Virus record (IMG/VR): IMGVR_UViG_3300010885_025649
Coordinates: 1 to 64,000 of that record
Reading direction: 5' to 3' (one strand)
DNA length: 64,000 nucleotides
Made by a program: the position numbers and the translations under genes. Shown piece by piece: positions 56,852 to 64,000 of the stretch. Below the pieces are notes generated by a model. The model saw only the letters and a program-made list of their open reading frames with translations. It was not told the origin of the DNA and ran no database searches. Each line of letters opens with the position of its first letter. The stretch's first letter is position 1.

Positions 56852-57189
56852 TTCGCAGATACCAAAGTTGAAGGAGTATTTAGATATGTAACTGGATTAG
56901 TAGTTACAGGCCATTGAGCATGAAACTTATTCCAGATTTGTGTTCTAAGTTCTTTAGGAAAGTCCTTAATGGCTTTTTGTAAAGAAGCTTTGCGGCCGGT
57001 TAATTTATCAAACTTATCTTTGTAATACAAAGCCGCAAACACGGAAACTATATTATTGTAATAAGTAATCTCAGGAGTTTCAATGTATTCATCAATAGTA
57101 CACATAGTTCCTTTACAGGCAAACTTAGTACCCTTTTGATCATGTTCCCACGTAATACGAAACAGACGATCTTGATAAGTAAATTCCAT
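56848..57189 (-). CDS. hypothetical phage protein
   Basis: 113 aa, GGAG SD; 'D.F.K..GRK..L..A' motif. Confidence 0.6.
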   Translation of the reverse strand: MEFTYQDRLFRITWEHDQKGTKFACKGTMCTIDEYIETPEITYYNNIVSVFAALYYKDKFDKLTGRKASLQKAIKDFPKELRTQIWNKFHAQWPVTTNPVTYLNTPSTLVSAK

Positions 57190-57212
57190 GATTTAATTCT
57201 CCAGTAGTTAAG

Positions 57213-58517
57213 TTAGCTAGATTCTTCAAGATCAACATAATCAGCTTGATCCTTTTGTTCTTGTTCCCCGAAGAGAAACAAGAATGATTTTGATTTATAA
57301 GTTGTGATTGTACCATCAGGGGCTTCTACACGAATACAAACTCCTTCTCTAATATGATTACCTAAAGGATCTTCAACAATACCATTAGTTTGTTCTTCAA
57401 TATAATCACTAATAGTTTTCATATTAGTACCATCATATAAGAAGACTTTTAGTAATGGTGGAATATCTAATCCTAATTCTCTTGCACGTTTAGTTACTTG
57501 ATAATAAGGTAATTCAACTCCATGTTTAGTAATCCTATATACCCATTCGTTATTACTGGTTTCATGTCCATAAGTAAATCTCATGGAGTTACCAAACTTA
57601 ACCTTAAGAGATTTGTCCTTATATTTAGTTATAGGAACTTCTTTCATAGTTAGTTTAGAACCAATAACTTCCCAAGGGCCAAGCTCATAGTAGACGACTT
57701 CTTCTGGCTCTAATAAATGTTTAAACTTATCAGCGCTATCAAATCTAAATCCAGCATCTTCCTTTTGATTATAAAGTACAACTCTTCTGGTACCAACAAT
57801 AGGTTGATATTTAGTTTCTCTTTGAATAGGAAACAACTTAATAAAGTGTGGGAATACTTTAGGAAAGTGTTTACTAATAAAGGTTTGTAATCTAGTTAGT
57901 TTAGGTCTAGATACTTTAACATTACCTACTCTAGCACTTGTGCCATGAATCTTTAAGGTAACATAAACCACACTACCAGGAACAATCTTATCCTTATAAT
58001 ACTTCCATTGATATGTCTCCACATGTTCAGGGAAAGCTTCCACGGATGCCTTAAAGATATCAATTGCTTTAGCAGCTTTCTCTTTACTGGCAGCTTGTTT
58101 ACGGGTAGCTTCATTTACATATTTATTGCAGATAGGAATCCCATTAAAAGTATTCAAGGTCATACCTTCTGTTAATTGAGAGATATCCCCAGCAAATTGT
58201 AGACTAGTTACAGGAGTCCAAAAAGCTTCTGATCTAACCTTACGTAAAGTTTGTGCTCTAACTCTTCTATTTTCATCAAACATCCCCCCTACATTCTCAC
58301 CAGTTTCAGGATCTTTTCTTCTTACTAAATCATTTGCAGTAGCATATTCTTTAGATAGTTGACCATCACAGGGGAATAGAATACCCAGATCACCTTCTTT
58401 ACTATTAATACCAACTACTACAGTAGTACCTTGTGCTTCTGCTATAGCTAATCTATTTACTTCTGGATCCGGGTGAGGTCTAACATTCTTTAATTTACAA
58501 ATAAACGCCATATACAT
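57213..58517 (-). CDS. RNA ligase (Rnl2/DRB0094-like) with N-terminal OB-fold
   Basis: N-terminal RPHP...RL OB domain; motif I KIHGTS; EGVCIR; KSKS. Confidence 0.8.
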   Translation of the reverse strand: MYMAFICKLKNVRPHPDPEVNRLAIAEAQGTTVVVGINSKEGDLGILFPCDGQLSKEYATANDLVRRKDPETGENVGGMFDENRRVRAQTLRKVRSEAFWTPVTSLQFAGDISQLTEGMTLNTFNGIPICNKYVNEATRKQAASKEKAAKAIDIFKASVEAFPEHVETYQWKYYKDKIVPGSVVYVTLKIHGTSARVGNVKVSRPKLTRLQTFISKHFPKVFPHFIKLFPIQRETKYQPIVGTRRVVLYNQKEDAGFRFDSADKFKHLLEPEEVVYYELGPWEVIGSKLTMKEVPITKYKDKSLKVKFGNSMRFTYGHETSNNEWVYRITKHGVELPYYQVTKRARELGLDIPPLLKVFLYDGTNMKTISDYIEEQTNGIVEDPLGNHIREGVCIRVEAPDGTITTYKSKSFLFLFGEQEQKDQADYVDLEESS

Positions 58518-58573
58518 GTTGAGATTTTTCCTTAGCTAAATTACTACAATGGACTAAACACTGGACACTAGTT

Positions 58574-59848
58574 ATGACCGAGAGTTTAACTTTAGTTAAT
58601 GTTGATACTAACTCTATATCCCTTATTCCACAAAATACAAATGCGGTATCTGTACTAGTAGCCCCACAAAAAGTAACCACAGTATTAACTGTAGGAACTC
58701 CCGGGCCTCCTGGCGCGGCTGCAACTTCAGGAGGAATTACAGGTGCCATTCAGATAAAGAATGGTAGTAACTTTGGCTCCATTACCGGCTTTACTATTAT
58801 AGGTAATACCTTAAATGCAGTCAACCTATTAGCTAGTGGAACTGTATTAGGAAGTAATCTTAGCGGTACTAATACAGGAGATGAAACCACATCTAGTATT
58901 AAGACTAAACTTGGTACGGCTTCTAATTCTACCCATGGTTATTTAACTTCTACAGATTGGACTACCTTTAATAATAAGCAGAATGCTATTACTTTAGGAA
59001 GTACAAGTCAATATCTTAGAGGGGATTTATCTCTAGCTACCTTCCCAACAACTTTATCAGCCTTTACTAATGATTTGGGTAACTATGGAGGATTTCTAAC
59101 AGCTAGTTCCACTATTACTAATGCAATGTTAGCTAATAGTGCCATAACATTAGGATCCACAGCAGTTAGTTTAGGCAGTACTGCAACTACACTAAGCGGC
59201 CTGACTAGTATTAGCGCAACAACCTTTACTGGGGCCTTAAGTGGTAATGCAAGTACCGCTACTAAATTAGCTACAGCCAGAACTATTAATGGAGTCAGCT
59301 TTGATGGATCAGGTAATATAAATATTACAGTTGATGCTAGTACATTAACAGGAACTATACAAGCTGCACAATTTCCTGCTTTAAGTGGAGATATAACTAC
59401 TACAGCCGGGTCATTAAGTACTACAATTAGTAGTAGTGCAGTAACTTTAGCTAAGATGGCTAATCTAGCTGCTAACTCTATTATTGGAAATAATACAGGA
59501 AGTGCGGCAACACCAATAGCTTTGACAACAAGTCAAGTTAAAACTTTACTTGCTATTAAAAATACAGATGTAACTGGATTAAGAGGAACTGCAGTAATTG
59601 ATTTTGGTTCAACCCGTAAGAATGATACTACTGTAGTTATAAGTGGACTAACAAGTATATTAAATACACAATTAGTCACTGCACAAATACTAGCTATAGC
59701 TACAGCAACACATAGTATTGATGAACATAGACTAGTACCCGTAACATTAATCTGTGGAGCAATTACTACTGGAGTTGGCTTTACTATATATGCTTATAGT
59801 GATTGGCAATTAACAGGAACATTTAACATTCAATGGTTCACATTATAA
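58574..59848 (+). CDS. tail fibre-like protein
   Basis: GTPGPPG; GYLTSTDWTTFNNKQ; GNASTATKLATARTINGVSFDGS, typical fibre motifs. Confidence 0.75.
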   Translation: MTESLTLVNVDTNSISLIPQNTNAVSVLVAPQKVTTVLTVGTPGPPGAAATSGGITGAIQIKNGSNFGSITGFTIIGNTLNAVNLLASGTVLGSNLSGTNTGDETTSSIKTKLGTASNSTHGYLTSTDWTTFNNKQNAITLGSTSQYLRGDLSLATFPTTLSAFTNDLGNYGGFLTASSTITNAMLANSAITLGSTAVSLGSTATTLSGLTSISATTFTGALSGNASTATKLATARTINGVSFDGSGNINITVDASTLTGTIQAAQFPALSGDITTTAGSLSTTISSSAVTLAKMANLAANSIIGNNTGSAATPIALTTSQVKTLLAIKNTDVTGLRGTAVIDFGSTRKNDTTVVISGLTSILNTQLVTAQILAIATATHSIDEHRLVPVTLICGAITTGVGFTIYAYSDWQLTGTFNIQWFTL

Positions 59849-59865
59849 TATAAAAGGATAAGACG

Positions 59866-61296
59866 ATGGGATTAACTTTACAAGGGGCAACTTCTAATAA
59901 CCTAGCTGAAGTAGATGCATTAAACCAATTACTTATACGTCCTGCACAAACAGCTACTAATGCAGGCTATAACTGGATGACTACTCTAGGAGATGAAGGA
60001 ACTATCACGGGCTCTAAACTTACACGGGATTTAGAACTAAGCAGCAACCGCCGTTTACGGCAAGGTACAGATACGCCACTTTGGAGTGAAAGCTTTAACT
60101 ATACAGCACAGAATACTAATAACTGGGGCTTAGGATTAACTACCATGACCGTGAGTTTTGCTTCTGGCTATCTGAGCTTGAACTCTGGCTCTAGTGTGGC
60201 CTCTGGCGCGGTTGCTCGTATAATTTCTTACCGCTATTTTCCACTGTACGGAGAGCAGGGGGTGTCTTTCCGTGCAACCTGCATTATCACCCAAACTCCC
60301 CAGACCTCAAATATTATAGAGATGGGCTTTGGCGTAGCTCCAGCCTCGACCGCAGCAGTCACGGATGGCATCTTGTTCCGTTATAGCACTGGTGGAATAT
60401 TACAAGGGGTACTCAACTTTAACGGCGCAGAAACAACGGCTACCCTTCCAACGCCAACATCAGGAGTAGACCACATTTACATGATCCGCGCAGACGTAAC
60501 CGCAACCGAGTTCTGGGTTGACGGGGTACTTCAGGCAACTATTGCTACCCCCGCTGGACAGTCTGGCCCATGCCTAAACCCATACCAACCAATATTTTTC
60601 CGTAACGCCAACAGCGCTGCAACCGCCGTAGCTCAAGTTCTACGTATTGCAGAAGTTCACCTATTCGCACGGGATGTACCCCTGGCAAAATCCTGGCCCT
60701 CTATCCTAGCAGGTATGGGTCAAAACGCTAACGTAGGCGGAAACGGGGAAACCCAAGGTTCCACTGCACAGCATGCCAACAACACTACTCCTGCTGCCGC
60801 AACTCCAACTAACACTACAGCAGCATTAGGTACGGGCTTTGGTGGGCAATTCCAAATGAACGCACAGGCTGCTGCTGCTACTGATTTTATAGTTCAGTCA
60901 TATCAGAACCCCTCTTGGTCTGTAAACATCCCAGCTAAAACGATTCTGATCTACGGGGTAAAAATAGCTCCTCTAAACCTTGGCGCAGCCGTAGCTACAA
61001 CAGCAACATCTATTCTTTGGACACTAAACGTAGGCCACAGCAACGTGTCCTTAGCCACCACCGAAGCAGCTAACACTAAAGCTCCCCGAAGAATTGAACT
61101 TGGCATCTCGTCCTGGTTGGTAGGTGCGGCTGTTGGCGCTCAACCTCAAAACGGAGATGTATGGGTACCATTTACGGTTCCCCTTGTGGTTTACCCCGGG
61201 GAGTTCGTAGCGGTTTCTGCTAAGTTCTTAGCCGGTACAGCTACAGCATCTCAAGTAATCTTTGTGGCTGTAACCTTTGATGCAGTCAAAGAATAA
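59866..61296 (+). CDS. virion structural protein (lectin/LamG-like core), GC-rich
   Basis: 476 aa with the 'TEFWVDG' beta-sandwich motif; GC clearly above its neighbours. Confidence 0.6.
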   Translation: MGLTLQGATSNNLAEVDALNQLLIRPAQTATNAGYNWMTTLGDEGTITGSKLTRDLELSSNRRLRQGTDTPLWSESFNYTAQNTNNWGLGLTTMTVSFASGYLSLNSGSSVASGAVARIISYRYFPLYGEQGVSFRATCIITQTPQTSNIIEMGFGVAPASTAAVTDGILFRYSTGGILQGVLNFNGAETTATLPTPTSGVDHIYMIRADVTATEFWVDGVLQATIATPAGQSGPCLNPYQPIFFRNANSAATAVAQVLRIAEVHLFARDVPLAKSWPSILAGMGQNANVGGNGETQGSTAQHANNTTPAAATPTNTTAALGTGFGGQFQMNAQAAAATDFIVQSYQNPSWSVNIPAKTILIYGVKIAPLNLGAAVATTATSILWTLNVGHSNVSLATTEAANTKAPRRIELGISSWLVGAAVGAQPQNGDVWVPFTVPLVVYPGEFVAVSAKFLAGTATASQVIFVAVTFDAVKE

Positions 61297-61309
61297 GGAG
61301 TATTAATAT

Positions 61310-61843
61310 ATGACAGCACTACTATTTCCATTAACAATTGAACAAGGCGGAACTTACTCTAATACCTTTATCTTAGGCACAACTACAGGTACAGGAGTAG
61401 TAAGTACTACTGGAACTACTACAGTAACTGGAAGTAATGGAACATTATTTACTAAATACTTTACGGTAGGAAATAAGATCAGAATTCAAGGAGAAGTACA
61501 AACTATAGCTACTATAGTAAGTGACACCCAGTTAACAACTTCAAGTGCTTTTGGAGTTTATACTAAAGCTAGTTATGGTAAAGTATATGATCTAACTAAT
61601 TGTTCAGTTAGTAGTCAAATACGTATTGGAGATATAAATACAGAACTTATTGCCACCTTCTCAACAACAATAGTAACTCCAACTAGTGGAATATTTAAGT
61701 TTAGTTTAGCTTCATCTATTACAGAAGCTTTAGTTGCTGGAACTTATCAATATGATTTATTTATTCATTACGCAGATGGAACATATGCCAAGTTATTATA
61801 TGGGCCGGTTACAGTAATTGCAAGCACAACAATAATTCCCTAA
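61310..61843 (+). CDS. BppU-like structural protein with inserted beta-repeat module
   Basis: IEQGG..F, DLT....QIR, GTYQYDL, LLYG. Confidence 0.65.
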   Translation: MTALLFPLTIEQGGTYSNTFILGTTTGTGVVSTTGTTTVTGSNGTLFTKYFTVGNKIRIQGEVQTIATIVSDTQLTTSSAFGVYTKASYGKVYDLTNCSVSSQIRIGDINTELIATFSTTIVTPTSGIFKFSLASSITEALVAGTYQYDLFIHYADGTYAKLLYGPVTVIASTTIIP

Positions 61844-61852
61844 GGTAAAATC

Positions 61853-62440
61853 ATGAGTTCAATCTTATATCCATTAATAATTGAACAGGGGGCAGACTTT
61901 AACAATGTGTTTATAGTAGGCACTACTAATGGACTCGGAGTAGTAAGTACTACTGGAACTACTACTGTTATTGGAACCAGTGGAACACTATTTACCAAAT
62001 ACTTTACTGTAGGAAATAGAATTAGAATTGTTGATGAAGTACAAACCATAGCTACTATAGTTAATGATAGTCAATTAACTACTTCAAATGCTTTTAGTAT
62101 CTTTAATAAACAAACTTATGGACAGGTTTATAATTTAACTGGTTGCACTTTTAAAGCACAAATAAGAATTGGAGATAATACTACCGAACTAATAGCAACA
62201 TTCACAATAACAATAACTAATGCTTTTAATGGAACATTTGAACTAATCTTACCGGCAATAACAACTGCCAACATTAGTCCGGGTGTTTACCAGTATGATT
62301 TATTTATAACATATACTAATGGAGATGTTAGTAGACTTTTATATGGAGATGTTACTGTATTAGCTCAAACAACAGATCCATCAGTAAATAGTAATACAGG
62401 TCAGGCCATTGGATTATTACTAGCACTCACACAAGCATAA
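61853..62440 (+). CDS. tandem paralog of 61310..61843
   Basis: Same motifs; identical 29-nt stretch at 61394-61422 and 61937-61965. Confidence 0.7.
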   Translation: MSSILYPLIIEQGADFNNVFIVGTTNGLGVVSTTGTTTVIGTSGTLFTKYFTVGNRIRIVDEVQTIATIVNDSQLTTSNAFSIFNKQTYGQVYNLTGCTFKAQIRIGDNTTELIATFTITITNAFNGTFELILPAITTANISPGVYQYDLFITYTNGDVSRLLYGDVTVLAQTTDPSVNSNTGQAIGLLLALTQA

Positions 62441-62449
62441 GAGGTATTC

Positions 62450-63559
62450 ATGTCAATTCAAGTAACACCAGGATCAGGAGTTAGCGTAGCCACAGATCTA
62501 GCTGCTGGAGATAATTACCAAATAGTTAAATTAAACTGGGGAGACCTGGGAGCTACACAGCCAGCTACCTTAAGCAATCCATTCCCTATGCAAGCGCCTA
62601 ATGGCATCCTAACTCTTCATACGGATGCAACTCCTGCTACTCAAACTATTACTGCTGCTGATGTGGCCTCTTCAACGGGTAGTGGAGCTAACTCTCAGAC
62701 CATTATTACGGGAACACCCACAGCTAACTCTACTGCAACTTTTACAGTAAGTAACTATGATACAGCAACTGTACAAGTTACAGGTACTTGGGTAGGAACA
62801 TTACAAAGTGAAATCTCTTTAGATGGTGGAGTTACTTGGTATTTAAGAACTGTACACCAAGCAGGTACTACAAGTTATACTACCTCATTTACTGCTAACT
62901 TTGCTGGCGGTGTTGTAGTTGGTGGCTATACTACTTATAGAATAAGATGTACAGCATATACTTCCGGAACCGCTACCGTAAAACTTATCACAAGTCTAAA
63001 CCCTAATCTAGTACATATTTCCAGTGGATTACCTCCGGGTACTAATAGTATTGGAGCTATTACTAATACTACATTTGCAGCCACTCAAAGCGGCACATGG
63101 AATATCGGAACGATAACTACATTACCCTCATTACCTGCTGGAGCAAATGCTATTGGATCTATTACCAATACCACCTTTGCATCCACACAAAGTGGCACAT
63201 GGACAGTAAGAACGCAAGACGGCGCTGGAACAGCTTTAACCTCTACTAGTGGAGTATTAGATGTTAATACTAAACCCACTATTAGCTTTACTACTCCCAG
63301 TGCTACCGGAGCTACTGTTACTACAACAAGTTCCACAGTATTAGCTTCAAATGCTAGTCGTAAATATGCTTCTATTATTAATTATGGAGCTGTGGATTGC
63401 TTTCTTAACTTAACTAGTGCCGCCACATTAACTACAGGTATATACCTTAAAGCTGGTGGAGGTCAATATGAAATTACCACAGGAACACTACATGGATTAG
63501 CAGTTACAGGAATTGTAGCCAGTGGAACAACAACACTTTGTATTTTAGAAGGAACCTAA
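62450..63559 (+). CDS. Thr-rich virion structural protein with internal repeat
   Basis: Duplicated LP.G.N.IG.ITNTTFA.TQSGTW; GAGG SD. Confidence 0.65.
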   Translation: MSIQVTPGSGVSVATDLAAGDNYQIVKLNWGDLGATQPATLSNPFPMQAPNGILTLHTDATPATQTITAADVASSTGSGANSQTIITGTPTANSTATFTVSNYDTATVQVTGTWVGTLQSEISLDGGVTWYLRTVHQAGTTSYTTSFTANFAGGVVVGGYTTYRIRCTAYTSGTATVKLITSLNPNLVHISSGLPPGTNSIGAITNTTFAATQSGTWNIGTITTLPSLPAGANAIGSITNTTFASTQSGTWTVRTQDGAGTALTSTSGVLDVNTKPTISFTTPSATGATVTTTSSTVLASNASRKYASIINYGAVDCFLNLTSAATLTTGIYLKAGGGQYEITTGTLHGLAVTGIVASGTTTLCILEGT

Positions 63560-63561
63560 TA

Positions 63562-64000
63562 ATGCCAGTACGTAATTCAACACAACCAACAAATAGTCAA
63601 TTAGCTTCAGCAATTGCTCAGTATAATCCTGGGGGAATTGCTCTATTAGATAACCGCGGTAATACAGTTAGAGATACTACTAATCCCACAGTAGTTATTG
63701 GCTCAGGTACCGGGGGTAACTATCCTACATCAGCTATTAGTAGTCCTGTCGCAGGGGTACCATTATTTCCTTGGTTAAGAAATGCTAATAGATTAAATAC
63801 TTGTTATAGTTATTCTCATGGTGCTATAGAAAGAGCAGAATCAATTGCTCCCGCTTATAACGCTATAGAAAGTAATGCTGTAAGTAATCCTAATACTAAA
63901 GGTAATGTAAGAGTACATTTCTATTCAGATGCCCCTCAAATAGGTTTCGTTGTTAGAGGTCAAGCAGGTTTACAATATAGAGTTATTGTAGAAGGGGTTG
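63562..64000 (+). CDS. partial ORF, possible SGNH-hydrolase-associated tail protein (3'-truncated)
   Basis: Open from ATG 63562 to the window end and absent from the ORF track. VRVHFYSDAPQIGF...YRVIVEG resembles the domain that precedes SGNH hydrolases in tail proteins. Confidence 0.5.
   Translation, partial: MPVRNSTQPTNSQLASAIAQYNPGGIALLDNRGNTVRDTTNPTVVIGSGTGGNYPTSAISSPVAGVPLFPWLRNANRLNTCYSYSHGAIERAESIAPAYNAIESNAVSNPNTKGNVRVHFYSDAPQIGFVVRGQAGLQYRVIVEGV

Noticed and set aside
58495-58749. 84-aa - strand ORF upstream of the RNA ligase
   Set aside because: It is mostly the antisense of the tail-fibre gene start and crosses the divergent promoter gap.
61310-62440. Diversity-generating retroelement TR/VR pair
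   Set aside because: Both copies are full genes, the differences are not adenine-specific, and there is no reverse transcriptase in the window.
1-64000. Stop-codon reassignment, tRNA or rRNA genes
   Set aside because: Genes tile densely under the standard code and all three stops are used. The only sizeable non-coding gap is explained by the introns. No cloverleaf was recognised by eye.
1-64000. Apparent bias of CG dinucleotides toward CCGG/GCGG/CCGC contexts (restriction or methylation signature)
   Set aside because: This is an impression only; it needs k-mer observed/expected counts that I cannot compute.

Overview
A 64-kb segment of a large, AT-rich dsDNA tailed phage genome. The host is probably a cyanobacterium, inferred from a cyanobacterial-type fatty-acid-hydroxylase/sterol-desaturase gene. 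There are three blocks. (1) 1-22201, + strand: virion and packaging genes, including a 5'-truncated DUF4815-like structural protein, the terminase large subunit, and a 4242-aa giant protein carrying a PLD-like domain, many membrane helices, short repeats, a putative clan-CD cysteine protease, a phage lysozyme and an M23 peptidase. (2) 22198-58517, almost all on the - strand: replication and nucleotide metabolism (PolA, beta-clamp-like, DnaX-like, primase, two helicases, RNase HII, UDG, NrdAB, dUTPase, dNMP kinase, PhoH, Dps, RNA ligase, MoxR-AAA/vWA pair, resolvases). (3) 58574-64000, + strand: tail-fibre and structural genes. The clearest unusual feature is polA, which is split by two group I introns enclosing a 21-nt micro-exon that encodes the conserved RFSSNNP motif; intron 2 carries a LAGLIDADG ORF in its P8 loop. 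NrdB carries two related inteins, one in each ExxH metal-ligand motif, and NrdA has an intein at its catalytic Cys. The giant protein looks like a self-processing, envelope-penetrating polyprotein. All calls come from motif recognition by eye; no database searches were run.
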